A DNA stretch of 64,000 nt, taken from assembly GCA_964460855.1 (NCBI GenBank), contig CAYWQH010000006.1, forward strand, positions 3,232-67,231. Direction: 5' to 3'. The translations under genes and the position numbers were made by a program. Numbering within the stretch: the stretch's first letter is position 1; every line of letters starts with the position of its first letter. Origin of the DNA: an uncultured Candidatus Saccharibacteria bacterium (lineage in GTDB: Bacteria; Patescibacteriota; Saccharimonadia; Saccharimonadales; UBA10212). This document shows positions 26,645 to 37,129 of this stretch, one piece after another. Below the pieces are notes generated by a model. The model worked only from the letters and a program-made list of their open reading frames with translations. It searched no databases and had not been told where the DNA came from.

Positions 26645-28597
26645 CTATTTCGGATTAATTTTACCGCGCAGCCGTTGGATTTTACTGGCCAGCTTCCAGG
26701 CATTGGTGCTCTTGATTTGTTCTAATTGCCCCTGGAGTTCGCCCAATTCTTGCAAATGGGTTTCCAGCGCGGACTGCAAATGTTTGAAGTGAGCCTGCAG
26801 CGTTTCGTAAGAATCAACCACATTATCGGGCAATTCTTTATCGGCAATTTCCGGTTGCGGGTACAAGGTCATTTTTTTTGATTTGCCTAATACGTATTTC
26901 TGAAAACTATATTCAGCCTCAAGCACATTTTTTAAAGGCTTTAAGTAATCCTCATATTTTTGGTAGAACCATAATGGAATAATAACGTCGTCCGATATTT
27001 TAATGGCTGGGTTATCGGGCCCGGTTGTAGCCCTAACTGCCTGGCTGTTGCGGGCAAAAAAGTACATCATCGACCGGCCTACTATGTATTTTTTAGGCAC
27101 TGCAAAATTAAAAACCCATTCGTAATCTATTAACGATTTGCCTTTTTTGCCGACTATGATGTTGTCGAAATTAATATCAATGATTGCCGGCAAAATACAA
27201 TCCTGGGAAGTTTTATAGGCCGGCCCGAAAATTTCGGCGTACCCCTTTTGGGAGGCCGGTATTACGGTCTTCGACGGCAAGCTGTCGATAATGCTTAAAT
27301 AACTATCAATTACTTCGGTGAAGGCTTGTTTATTGCTGGCTATCAGATAATCCGTTAGTAAATTTTGCATGGTCGGCCCGGCAATGAAATCAAACTTGAG
27401 GTTGCCGTCGGCGGTTTGTTTAACCGGACATATATTTACCAAAGGACTGCTAACAGATTTTTTAAGCAGGCTGTAATTGGCCAATATATTCGCAATGTGG
27501 CCTTTTGCCACGCTGGTTAAGGGTGACTTAATTACGTGCTGAGTGTAACCCTGGCCATATATTTTAGTAATTAATCGGAACGGCCCGCTGCGGCTGATGG
27601 CGCTCCTGGCGAATACCGGCTGTGCCGGTGCCTTGGTTTTGGCGGGGCTGGCAATGACTAAAAACGAATTGGCCACGCTGCCAAACATTTCATTATTGGC
27701 AAAACTGCGGACAACTAATTGCTCGCGCATTATTTGGGCCCGCGGCTGGTCGGGGGTCGGCGAAGGGTATAAGTCGCTTGGAATGTTTGGCGTGTGCACG
27801 CCCGGTAAGTATTTTTCCGAGTAAACGGCGGCCGGCAGTTTGTAGTCTGGCAGCGGGAAGTAAAAATCGGCCTGTCCGTAGCCGGCGCCATCCAGTAAAT
27901 TTGATAACTCGGCCCGGCCAAATGTACGGACGCCGTGATAATGCGGATAACCTTCCACACCTTCTAAGTAACGCTGCGTATGGTCTTCTTTGGCGCCGGA
28001 CAAATACTTTAGGCCTAACTTGTTCTCGATAGCCAAAACCAGCTTGCCGTTAGCGCTAGTAAATTTACGTAGTTGTTCGGCGAAAACACGGAACGGATCT
28101 TTGCCTTCCACAAACATGCCGGCATATTCCAGCACGCCGACGCATACTACATAGTCAAAGCGTTCTTGGGTGAATTGCTGCAAGTTATCGATATTTCCTA
28201 TAACGATTTCCAGGTTTGTTAAATGGCTGTGCCGGTAGGCGTTAATTGACGCCCTGCGCGCCGAAAGCTCTACGGCAACTACCCGTTTGGCCTTTGAAGC
28301 CAGCAAACCGGTCAGCGCTCCGCAGCCGGCGCCAATTTCCAAAACAGTGCTGCCCGGCGGAAAATCCATCCAATTTAATAAGTTTTGGCGGACCTTGGAC
28401 AAATGGTAGGTTGTTGGCCAATCGGCAGCCGGGGTAAGCAGCTCGCTGCCATCACTGCCCGGGTTGTTTTTAAAATAATTTAAGAGCTTATCTTCTATCG
28501 GGCCGTCGCTGTATTGTTGCTTGGAGGCAATATTTAAATCGGTGATTTTTACCTTGCCGATCAGTTGGGGTGTAATTGGTTTTGCTGCTGAAGCCAT
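26645..28597 (-). CDS. WbdD-like glycan chain terminator: SAM methyltransferase, kinase-like domain and C-terminal coiled coil (650 aa)
   Basis: Class I MTase motif VLEIGAGCGALTGLLA; mid region with a kinase-like catalytic loop (FDNIIVGKKGKSLIDYEWVF); C-terminal heptad-repeat helix (LQSALETHLQELGELQGQLEQIKSTNAWKLASKIQRLRGK). Confidence 0.5.
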   Translation of the reverse strand: MASAAKPITPQLIGKVKITDLNIASKQQYSDGPIEDKLLNYFKNNPGSDGSELLTPAADWPTTYHLSKVRQNLLNWMDFPPGSTVLEIGAGCGALTGLLASKAKRVVAVELSARRASINAYRHSHLTNLEIVIGNIDNLQQFTQERFDYVVCVGVLEYAGMFVEGKDPFRVFAEQLRKFTSANGKLVLAIENKLGLKYLSGAKEDHTQRYLEGVEGYPHYHGVRTFGRAELSNLLDGAGYGQADFYFPLPDYKLPAAVYSEKYLPGVHTPNIPSDLYPSPTPDQPRAQIMREQLVVRSFANNEMFGSVANSFLVIASPAKTKAPAQPVFARSAISRSGPFRLITKIYGQGYTQHVIKSPLTSVAKGHIANILANYSLLKKSVSSPLVNICPVKQTADGNLKFDFIAGPTMQNLLTDYLIASNKQAFTEVIDSYLSIIDSLPSKTVIPASQKGYAEIFGPAYKTSQDCILPAIIDINFDNIIVGKKGKSLIDYEWVFNFAVPKKYIVGRSMMYFFARNSQAVRATTGPDNPAIKISDDVIIPLWFYQKYEDYLKPLKNVLEAEYSFQKYVLGKSKKMTLYPQPEIADKELPDNVVDSYETLQAHFKHLQSALETHLQELGELQGQLEQIKSTNAWKLASKIQRLRGKINPK

Positions 28598-28652
28598 TTC
28601 AAAAAAATTGATTTAAGGAAACTGTAGCACGTTCTTGTAAAATAGTATAAGT

Positions 28653-29903
28653 ATGCAAAACACGGACGAAGCGGCGCCAGTTATTTCGGTGCATGGCGTT
28701 TATAAAAGCTTCCAGCTGCCCCACCAAAAAAGTAACTCCCTTAAAGGGGCGCTATTGAACTTTCGCCAGCTTAAGCAAACTTACGAGAAGCAATCGGTGT
28801 TAAAAGACATTTCTTTCGAAATCCGCAAAGGCGAATTTTTTGGCATAGTAGGGCGCAACGGCAGTGGCAAAAGTACCTTGCTTAAGCTTTTAGCCGGCAT
28901 ATATTACCCCAATAAAGGCGCTGTACAAGTAAACGGCAAACTGACGCCGTTTATTGAGCTGGGCGTAGGTTTTAACCCCGAACTGACCGGCCGCGAAAAT
29001 GTTTTTTTAAACGGCGCTTTGCTGGGCTTTACCAGGAAAGAAATGGCCCTTAAATACCAGTCGATAGTCGATTTTGCCGAACTGGAACGATTTATGGACC
29101 AGAAACTCAAAAACTATTCATCGGGCATGCAAGTCAGGCTGGCCTTTTCGATAGCCATCCAAACCGGTTCGGAAATTTTATTGTTTGACGAAGTTTTAGC
29201 CGTAGGCGACCTCGACTTCCAAAAGAAGTGCTACACGTACTTCCACGATATGAAACGCAGCGGCCAGACAATCGTATTGGTAACCCATGATATGGCGGCA
29301 GTCCGGCGGTTTTGTACGCGGTGCGCTTTAATAGACCAGGGTAAAATCGTAAGTATTGGCGAGCCGGAAGACATAGCCTACTTATACGAGACGATTAATT
29401 TGCGGGCTTCGGAAGTCAGGCTGGACGAAGCCAATAAAGTTATCAAGCAAAAACGGCAAGGCACTTACGAAGCTGTTATTGATTCCGTGGAAACTTACAA
29501 CCCGCATACCGGTAATACGCAAAATACGTTTACCAACCAGGAAAAAATAGGCGTGCGGATAACTTATTCGGCCAAATCCGATATAGAAAATGCTGCCGTC
29601 GGGTTTATATTCCAAAACCAGGATGATTTAACCGTTTTTGCCACCAACAACATCACCCAAGAAGTAAAAATACACGAGCTGCCTGCCGGCTCGAAAATGT
29701 CCATCGAAGCTGAAATCGATAATGTTTTTACCGATGGCGAATACACCATAACTACTTCCATTGAGAATAAAGAGCTGGAGAAGATTTACGACCGCATCGA
29801 GTATGCCCATCGGTTTATGGTTGGCGGCCAAAAACTGTCCCATGCTTTGGCGCACCCGCACCATCAGATGAAGGTAAGCTACGGCCATACCCATCATGAA
29901 TAA
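28653..29903 (+). CDS. Polysaccharide ABC exporter ATP-binding protein with a C-terminal substrate-binding domain (Wzt/TagH-like)
   Basis: Walker A GRNGSGKST, signature YSSGMQVRLAFS, Walker B ILLFDEVLAVGD, plus a ~150-aa extra C-terminal domain. Confidence 0.75.
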   Translation: MQNTDEAAPVISVHGVYKSFQLPHQKSNSLKGALLNFRQLKQTYEKQSVLKDISFEIRKGEFFGIVGRNGSGKSTLLKLLAGIYYPNKGAVQVNGKLTPFIELGVGFNPELTGRENVFLNGALLGFTRKEMALKYQSIVDFAELERFMDQKLKNYSSGMQVRLAFSIAIQTGSEILLFDEVLAVGDLDFQKKCYTYFHDMKRSGQTIVLVTHDMAAVRRFCTRCALIDQGKIVSIGEPEDIAYLYETINLRASEVRLDEANKVIKQKRQGTYEAVIDSVETYNPHTGNTQNTFTNQEKIGVRITYSAKSDIENAAVGFIFQNQDDLTVFATNNITQEVKIHELPAGSKMSIEAEIDNVFTDGEYTITTSIENKELEKIYDRIEYAHRFMVGGQKLSHALAHPHHQMKVSYGHTHHE

Positions 29904-31587
29904 TAATTCGTTCGGATTCAGGGTCTTCAAAAAGTTGGCCAGGCCGACCAAGCCGGTTCTGCGGTCCGCCAGAAAAGCCTATAAAGAATATAAAAAAGCC
30001 GCCAAAATCAGGGAATACGACGGCTGGGCCAGCCAGAACGAAAACGAGTGCTTCGTTTTTGCCGATTTAGCCGCTAACCGGCTGTTTAGCGTTATAGTGC
30101 CGGTTTTTAACACCCACCAGACTCATCTGTTAAAGATGGTTTACTCGGTAATAAACCAGCATTACCAAAACTGGGAGCTGGTTTTAGTAAACGCTTCGAC
30201 TGATCCCGAACGGATCGCTGCCGTAGACGCCTGCGCCCAAATCGATACCCGCATTAAAGTCATTAAGCCGGGCAAAAACCTCGGCATTTCCGGCAATACT
30301 AATTACGGCGTCGGCCATGCCGGCGGCGACTACATAGTGTTTTTTGACCACGACGACATGCTGCACCCCTGCGCCCTGCACGCTTTTGCCGAAGAGATAC
30401 ACCATTCGTCGGCCGAACTGCTTTATTCGGACGAAGATAAAATTACACACGACGGCAGTTTGTTTTTTGACCCGCACTTTAAGCCCCGCTGGTCGCCGGA
30501 CCTGCTAAACAATGTAAACTACATCAACCACTTAACGGCCATTAAGGCCGAATTTGTAAAACAAGCCGGCGGCCTGGACCCGGCCCATGACGGCGCCCAG
30601 GATTACGATTTGCTGCTGAGAGTTATCGATAAATGCCAGCCTAAAATCAAGCACGTGCCCCACGTTTTATACCATTGGCGGGCGGCCAATACTTCGACTG
30701 CACAAGATATATCCAATAAAACATACATTTTTAAAGCCGGCGAGTCGGCCATTGGCAGCCATTTGCATCGGATTGGCGCGAAGGCGAGGGTTAAAGCCAT
30801 AAACGGCCGGCCTGGTTTTTACCGGGTCGCCTATCATGACGAGCCGGATACCAGCCTGGTAATCGGGCCGGTTTCGCCAAACATGCAGCGGGTGTGCGCC
30901 GGCTGGCTGCAGGATTTGCTCAAAAAAGCCGGCCCCCAAATTAAAGAACTGGTGATCGGAGATTGGTACAAGCCTTTCGCTAACGCCGAACACGGCTTTG
31001 AACTTCACTTGGTTGGCAAGGATAATTACTGGCCGGCGGCGGCCGCCAAAGCTAAAGGCGAAGTGGTTATGTGCATCCAGCAAGCGGTAATGCCAAGCAG
31101 CGAAGCAGATGTAAGGGAACTGGCGGCGGTAGCGATACAGCCGGGCTGCCTGGCCTGCGCGCCAATGGTACTCGATGCCCAGCGGGCAATTGCCGATAGC
31201 GGCCTGGTGGCCAGCAGCCAGGGCTTGCAACCACTATTTAGGGGCTACAAGGCCGGTGACGGCTCCGTTTTTGGCAGTACCGAATGGGTGCGCAACATAG
31301 ACGCGCTAAGCGGCGGTATTTTTTGCGCCAAAGCCGAAGTGTTTAAAAAGCTAACCGAAAGCGCCACGCATAAAGGTAAACTAACAGCTGAAAACTTCTT
31401 AAAGCTAAAAGAGCATATGCCGGGCAATATTGTAATTTGGAGCCACGTAAACTTTGAGCTGGACGGGGAGCTGGTGCCTAAATCTTCGGACGATACATTC
31501 TTTAACCCGCAACTGGGCCAAGCGTCATTTGAAATTAATATCGCGGCTAATTCATGGGGGCACGCTTATGAGCGCTCCGAATCATAA
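29896..31587 (+). CDS. Multidomain GT2-family glycosyltransferase (563 aa)
   Basis: GT-A domain VIVPVFNTHQTHLLKMVYSVINQHYQNWELVLVNAST...FFDHDDMLHP (DxD/DD). Confidence 0.65.
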   Translation: MNNNSFGFRVFKKLARPTKPVLRSARKAYKEYKKAAKIREYDGWASQNENECFVFADLAANRLFSVIVPVFNTHQTHLLKMVYSVINQHYQNWELVLVNASTDPERIAAVDACAQIDTRIKVIKPGKNLGISGNTNYGVGHAGGDYIVFFDHDDMLHPCALHAFAEEIHHSSAELLYSDEDKITHDGSLFFDPHFKPRWSPDLLNNVNYINHLTAIKAEFVKQAGGLDPAHDGAQDYDLLLRVIDKCQPKIKHVPHVLYHWRAANTSTAQDISNKTYIFKAGESAIGSHLHRIGAKARVKAINGRPGFYRVAYHDEPDTSLVIGPVSPNMQRVCAGWLQDLLKKAGPQIKELVIGDWYKPFANAEHGFELHLVGKDNYWPAAAAKAKGEVVMCIQQAVMPSSEADVRELAAVAIQPGCLACAPMVLDAQRAIADSGLVASSQGLQPLFRGYKAGDGSVFGSTEWVRNIDALSGGIFCAKAEVFKKLTESATHKGKLTAENFLKLKEHMPGNIVIWSHVNFELDGELVPKSSDDTFFNPQLGQASFEINIAANSWGHAYERSES

Positions 31588-32554
31588 AATCGCCTACATT
31601 ATTATTGGCTATAATAACCGCGACCTGATTGACGAGTGTTTTGAATCAATAGAAGCCCAAACTTTTAACCGCCATACAATTATTTTTGTCGACAATAATT
31701 CGGCGGATGATTCGGTCGGGCATATTAACCAGCGCTACCCCGGCGTAAAAATTTTAGCGCCCGGCTTTAACAGCGGCTTTGCCAAAGGTAATAATTTTGG
31801 CATTGATGAAGCTTTGGCCGACCCTGAAATAGACTACGTGGCTTTAATAAATACCGACGCCCGCCTGGACAGCCGGTGGGCTGAAAAAATCTTGGATTTT
31901 GCCGAACTAAAACCAAAAGGCGCCTTATTCCAGGGCACTACCATGGATTATTACGACCATCAAATTATTGATTCGACACACATTTTCGTGGCCCGCAACG
32001 GCCAAGGCACCCAAGGCAACTGGCGGTTCTTTTACCAAAGCGAATTCGGGCCCAAAAAAGTTTTTGGCGTTAATGCCGCCGCTTGCATGGTGTCGCGAAA
32101 ATTCATAGAAAGCCAGCCATTCGGCCGGCAGTTGTTTGATGAGCGGATGTTTATGTATTTGGAAGATGTCGATTTAGCGGCCCGGGCCACAGTTATGGGT
32201 TGGGATAATTATTTAGTGCCCTCTGCCCGCGCTTACCATATGGGCTCGGCCAGCTCCGGCAAAAACCCCGGCTTTTCGTTATATATGACGTTTCGAAATA
32301 ATTGCGGAATGATTTATAAAAATTTTCCTTGGAGAATAATATGGCGTATGACGCCGGGCTTAATTCGGGGGGATATTGATACGGTTAAAGCCTTGCGCCG
32401 CCAAGGCAAAAAAGCCGCCGCCCGAAAAGTAATCAAGGGCCGGCTCGTAGGACTATGCTACTTGCCTTTTTATATTGCTAAGCGCCGGAAGATGCGGCGG
32501 GCTGGCAAAATCGACACGGAATACCTTTGGCAGTTAATGCTAAAGGGCTACTAG
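31568..32554 (+). CDS. GT2-family glycosyltransferase
   Basis: MSAPNHKIAYIIIGYNNRDLIDECFESIEAQTF...FVDNNSADDS...LINTDARLD. The in-frame ORF opens at 31454, but the conserved N-terminus begins at Met 31568. Confidence 0.65.
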   Translation: MSAPNHKIAYIIIGYNNRDLIDECFESIEAQTFNRHTIIFVDNNSADDSVGHINQRYPGVKILAPGFNSGFAKGNNFGIDEALADPEIDYVALINTDARLDSRWAEKILDFAELKPKGALFQGTTMDYYDHQIIDSTHIFVARNGQGTQGNWRFFYQSEFGPKKVFGVNAAACMVSRKFIESQPFGRQLFDERMFMYLEDVDLAARATVMGWDNYLVPSARAYHMGSASSGKNPGFSLYMTFRNNCGMIYKNFPWRIIWRMTPGLIRGDIDTVKALRRQGKKAAARKVIKGRLVGLCYLPFYIAKRRKMRRAGKIDTEYLWQLMLKGY

Positions 32555-32556
32555 TT

Positions 32557-34329
32557 TTATTCGGCCGGGTCAAAGCTGCCGATATTGGTAACGATATCCT
32601 GAAAACCGATTGCCTGGTTTAGCGCCCGGTTAAACATGTGGGTTTCTACGCTATTATTCGCGCCATTGTACAGAGCGTAAACAATCTGGCTATAGCCGCG
32701 GCCCAAAAAGTCGCCGGCCAGGAATGTACCCGTATTTTGGCTGACACTAGTAAGATCTGTTGGAACGTCATAGAAGCCGGTAGCTTTGGTAAGCGATTGG
32801 TTGAACATGTGCACTTCGGTTTTGCCGCCGGCGCCGCTATAAAGTACGTAAGCCAGCTGGTCATAGCCGCGGCCCAAAAAGTCGCCGGCCACAAACGTTC
32901 CGGTTGCCGCTGTAACGCCTGTCAGGTCTGTGGAAACGTCGTAATAGCCTATTGCTTTAGTCAGGCTGGGGTCAAATAAATGCACTTCGACATGGCCGCC
33001 GGCGCCGCTGTACAGGATTAACGCCAGCTGGTCGCTGCCCTGTCCCAAAAAGTCGCCGGCCACAAAAATGCCGTTAGTGGCAGTAATGCCCGTAAGATCA
33101 GTAGCTACATCATAATATCCAACAAAAGATTTAAAGTCCGGGCTCATGCGGTGCACTTCGACATGGCCGCCGGCGCCGCTGTACAGAATGTAATTCAGGG
33201 CATTTTGGTGGTCTATTTTGGCCCGGCCGGGTACAAACGTACCAAGGCTGCCGTCCGTAGCCCGCATGGCAGTGGCCATATGGGCCGCCCAAGACTGGAA
33301 GCCGGAATTATCAAGATGGATTTCGGCGCAAGTTGAGCCGGTATTGTTCTGCTTAGTAAAGGCCAATTTATCGGGTCCGGTGTTACCGTATGACAATAAT
33401 TTTGACCCGGACGTTGCGCCGGTTACATTCGCTACGCCGAAGCATGGTGTATTAGGGTCGCCGAAATAGCTGGCAAATATATTATAGAAATTCTGGTTGC
33501 CGTGGAAGTGCGGCGTGTACCAATACAGGGCAGCCGTAGCGCCGGTTCCCATTAAAGTACTTACACCATCAATAGTAGTATAGCCGTCGTAAAAGGTATC
33601 GTTGGCGTCGCTGGGGCAGCGTTTGTGGAAGCCGGCCGTCATCGGCCCGCCGTAGCAGGTGTGCAAATCGTCAGAATTATCCCAGCTGCCGCTAATTACC
33701 GCCCAATTAATATTGCCGAGCGAGCGTTGCTGGCCGAATTTAAACAACCAGGCCGCTCGGATTATTTGCTGCGAAAAACCGGCTTTTTGGGCGGTGTTGA
33801 CGCAAGTCGGCCCGACGGTAGACTGGACGACGCCGTTGCGGCGGTAAAGGCTTATGCCCGAATAGTTATAGCGCGTGCCGCTGTCCGGGCAGCCATAACC
33901 CACCGCGGCGGCGTATTTGTGGTTATTGTCGTCACTTGGCAAGCAGTAGGTTGAGCTGAACCGGCCGGTAACCAGGCTTTGTTCTTTTTCGAGCGTAACT
34001 ACCAGCACCTGCGGGTTTAAACCGTAGGCCTGGGCGGCGTCGTATATTGCTTTGCCGGCTGTAACGTAGCCGCCATACGTATAGCCACCGGACGGTGAGT
34101 AGCCACTGGGGTCTATAGCCTGGAAACCGCTGTTCGGGCTGATACAGCTGTTGGCAAAAGTGTTTAAAAAAGCATCTATCTGCGCGGCCGAAATACTATT
34201 AGTATTACTAAAAGCGCTGTCGCTGATAATGTAGTTGGAATTAAAAGCGGCGCGGGCCAGGCCGATAGGCGCCAGGCTGGCTAAAACTACGGACGAAGTA
34301 TATAAAGCCAAAGCTGCCAGTTTTTTCAT
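32557..34329 (-). CDS. Secreted protein with four C-terminal FG-GAP-like beta-propeller repeats (590 aa)
   Basis: Signal peptide and four ~45-aa repeats LYSGAGGHVEVH...GYYDV.TDLTG.TA..G.FVAGDFLG.G.DQLA. Confidence 0.5.
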   Translation of the reverse strand: MKKLAALALYTSSVVLASLAPIGLARAAFNSNYIISDSAFSNTNSISAAQIDAFLNTFANSCISPNSGFQAIDPSGYSPSGGYTYGGYVTAGKAIYDAAQAYGLNPQVLVVTLEKEQSLVTGRFSSTYCLPSDDNNHKYAAAVGYGCPDSGTRYNYSGISLYRRNGVVQSTVGPTCVNTAQKAGFSQQIIRAAWLFKFGQQRSLGNINWAVISGSWDNSDDLHTCYGGPMTAGFHKRCPSDANDTFYDGYTTIDGVSTLMGTGATAALYWYTPHFHGNQNFYNIFASYFGDPNTPCFGVANVTGATSGSKLLSYGNTGPDKLAFTKQNNTGSTCAEIHLDNSGFQSWAAHMATAMRATDGSLGTFVPGRAKIDHQNALNYILYSGAGGHVEVHRMSPDFKSFVGYYDVATDLTGITATNGIFVAGDFLGQGSDQLALILYSGAGGHVEVHLFDPSLTKAIGYYDVSTDLTGVTAATGTFVAGDFLGRGYDQLAYVLYSGAGGKTEVHMFNQSLTKATGFYDVPTDLTSVSQNTGTFLAGDFLGRGYSQIVYALYNGANNSVETHMFNRALNQAIGFQDIVTNIGSFDPAE

Positions 34330-34961
34330 AATTTAACGTCCAGGGGCTGGTCGCTGGTGGTAGACAAGCTCTTGCCGTTTAGCGTAGCGGTAGCTTTGAT
34401 TTGCCAGGTGCCGTCGGTAAAACCGGCGGTTTTAACATCCCACTGGTCCCAGTAAGCCGTGCCGCTGGAGTCGGCGATTTTGGCCGATAAACTCTTAACT
34501 ACTCCGTCGGAGTTGGTAAATGTTATGGTGCAGCTGGCGCCCGGAGTGGTCAGGCAAACCGAACTTTCCTGGGTTGGCGCGTTATTGCCGGCGCCGGGAT
34601 GGTGGTTGCTGACAAAGTTGCCGTAGGGCGCCGCCAGCGCGGCGTCGGATGTATTGGTTGGAGTATTGGTTTTAGTGTTGTCCGGCTGGGTGCTACTGCC
34701 AGTAGTCGTAGTTGAGGGCTGCTGGGACGGGTTACTGTTGCTGCCACTGCTCTGCTGGCTGCCGTCAGAATGAGTAGTACTGGGAATAGTGCCGGAAACC
34801 GCTTTGCGTTTATGAAAAATATAAGTAGTGTTAGTTAACTCAAGGACAGCCAATACCAGGATTGCGGCAACCGGCAAAGCTAATAGCCAAAGCCAGCGCC
34901 TGCTGCGCTTGGGGGGTATCGAAGTAGAGCGCTGCGGCGCCCGGTAATTTTTATTGGCCAT
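34326..34961 (-). CDS. N-terminally anchored Ser/Thr-rich surface protein (211 aa)
   Basis: Basic N-terminus, TM helix WLWLLALPVAAILVLAVL, STPQ-rich linker, small C-terminal beta domain. Confidence 0.4.
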   Translation of the reverse strand: MANKNYRAPQRSTSIPPKRSRRWLWLLALPVAAILVLAVLELTNTTYIFHKRKAVSGTIPSTTHSDGSQQSSGSNSNPSQQPSTTTTGSSTQPDNTKTNTPTNTSDAALAAPYGNFVSNHHPGAGNNAPTQESSVCLTTPGASCTITFTNSDGVVKSLSAKIADSSGTAYWDQWDVKTAGFTDGTWQIKATATLNGKSLSTTSDQPLDVKL

Positions 34962-35046
34962 AGTATCTATTGTTTGTTTTTAGGGGGTACGAAGTCAATA
35001 AGTATACTATATTGTGCTATTGCTTAAGAGTCAATTTTGGTGGTAT

Positions 35047-37047
35047 TTAATACTGCAGTTGGTAAATATAAAATGTCCGGGACGGATAATTATACTGATT
35101 AACCAGCTTAAGGCAATTGTCGTTTATGGGCTGGGAAGTTAAGATATAGCGCACATTATTGTCTTTCATAAACCCGCTGCACGGTTCGCTTATAACTTGA
35201 AAATGGTCGGCACCGATTAGCTTTAGCTGGGTGCCGGTATTAATGTTAGGATCGCGGTCGAAATTGAATTCAACATGCGCGTAACGGTTATATAAATCTT
35301 GCTGCTGGCCATTATCTATGGGCCGCCAAATACCAAATTGCGGGTAAGTATATAGGCCCGATACCGACGGCGCGCCGTTTAAAATTGCGAAGTTTTCCAG
35401 ATATAAGCTTTCGGTCGCCCACCGCCCCGGCTGCTGTTTGTTTAACTGCTGGATCTCCTTTGATAAATCCGTTTGGTTAATAGCCGATACGTTCCTATAT
35501 AACGGGTGGACACCTATCGACATAAACACCCCGAAAGCCAACAATCCGGCAGCGGCTAACTCAAATTTTTTGCGCAGCAGTAAATAAAAAATTACCGGCA
35601 CTGGAATGGAAAAAAGCAACACTCTCGCGTTACCGATAAACTCCGGAAAACGGTGCCTAGTTACCAGGCCGGTGAACAGCTCGACCGCGAATACCACTAA
35701 TGCAAGCAGTAATGCTATTTTGCCTGAAAATACCTGCTTTTTATGGGCTTGCAGCCGCCTCATAAATAACACCACCAGCATTAAATTCAGGAGGCCCAAG
35801 CCAATAACCAACCGTTTTTGCGGTACCTTATCGAGCAAAAATAGTTTGAACAAAGTATTGAAATGCGGAACAAACAGCCGCACCAGTAAGGCCACGAACA
35901 GCAGACTGACCGTTGCCAATGGCCAATCCAGCCGCCGCCAAGAAAAGCGGCCTCGCTGCCGGGCAGATTTGATCATTAAATATATGGCAGGCAACAGCAA
36001 AAACGGCAGTAAATAAACGAAGTTAGCGGCTTCACTTTGGTTGCTGATCCCTTGCGAGATAAGTTGGTAATGCAGGGCTTTGCCGGTAAACTGCAACTGA
36101 AAATCCAAATTGCCGCTAAAAAAATGTATGGGGTCAAAGCCGCCGCTGGCAATAACCCGCTTACCCGGATAAACAGTGTTCTGTATGGCATGGACGGCCG
36201 CCGCGCGGGTATGTATAAATAAAGCCGTAACCAAGCCGGTGATTATCACCGAAACTAATAACATTCCCATTTTCCGGTAAAATTGCGGTCGGTCCGCCTT
36301 AGTTTGTTCCAGCCAGTGCTGGACCAGGTAGCCAACGCAGAAAGCCGCCAAGGCCAGCCCGGTGGCAATTTGAAACGGCGGGTAAAGCACCAATACATAG
36401 CAAATAAGCAAATATGTTATTACGCCAGCAACCAAAAGCTGGCGGAGCAAGCTCTTTTGCTTTAATAAATAAATAAATAACGCTGCAATAAATAACGGGT
36501 AATATAATGAACCCAATGTTACGAACTGGTACCACCATTGGGTGAAAGCGCTGGCCAGTAAACTTAGCGATAGCAAAGCAGCTAGTAAGCGCCGCCCCGG
36601 CAGCAAAGCTAAGATAAAGAAGTAAGCACTGATTACCAGCAGCGCGCCAATAACCCACCACTTAAACGCGAAGGCATTTTCGAACGGCAAAACAAAGAAA
36701 GCCCAATTATGCGGCCGGAATAATTCGCTCCAGTCTTTGTTGGGCACGTCCAACGACACCGACATATCCTCGCCCCGGCCGATATTTTTATTAACCGTTT
36801 GGTAATTATCGTTGGACTGGGCAATGGTCATTTCGGTATTGACCAGCCATTCGTCGGAGCGGATTGTGCGCGGCTTGTTTATTAAGAGGTTACTGTCGTG
36901 GGTGGGCCCGTAAAAGAAGTCATGGTAGACCCCAATGGATGAGCCGCTGATTTTAAAAGCCGTTAATAATAAAACCACCGCCATTACGACAGCCGGGAAA
37001 AACCAAATGCCGTGGTAAAAACCGCTTAAACCCCGCCGCCAATTCAT
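35047..37047 (-). CDS. Large polytopic membrane protein, GT-C-like glycosyltransferase candidate (666 aa)
   Basis: Twelve or more TM helices with large extracytoplasmic loops. Adjacent to a polyprenyl-phosphate GT2 and GtrA-like proteins. Confidence 0.4.
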   Translation of the reverse strand: MNWRRGLSGFYHGIWFFPAVVMAVVLLLTAFKISGSSIGVYHDFFYGPTHDSNLLINKPRTIRSDEWLVNTEMTIAQSNDNYQTVNKNIGRGEDMSVSLDVPNKDWSELFRPHNWAFFVLPFENAFAFKWWVIGALLVISAYFFILALLPGRRLLAALLSLSLLASAFTQWWYQFVTLGSLYYPLFIAALFIYLLKQKSLLRQLLVAGVITYLLICYVLVLYPPFQIATGLALAAFCVGYLVQHWLEQTKADRPQFYRKMGMLLVSVIITGLVTALFIHTRAAAVHAIQNTVYPGKRVIASGGFDPIHFFSGNLDFQLQFTGKALHYQLISQGISNQSEAANFVYLLPFLLLPAIYLMIKSARQRGRFSWRRLDWPLATVSLLFVALLVRLFVPHFNTLFKLFLLDKVPQKRLVIGLGLLNLMLVVLFMRRLQAHKKQVFSGKIALLLALVVFAVELFTGLVTRHRFPEFIGNARVLLFSIPVPVIFYLLLRKKFELAAAGLLAFGVFMSIGVHPLYRNVSAINQTDLSKEIQQLNKQQPGRWATESLYLENFAILNGAPSVSGLYTYPQFGIWRPIDNGQQQDLYNRYAHVEFNFDRDPNINTGTQLKLIGADHFQVISEPCSGFMKDNNVRYILTSQPINDNCLKLVNQYNYPSRTFYIYQLQY

Positions 37048-37129
37048 TTAGCTAGTTTAGCAAAATAGCCGCGCCAGTCCATGAGTTTGTAGAAAGCGGC
37101 CGCCTACTTGCTTTATACTTGATAACCAG

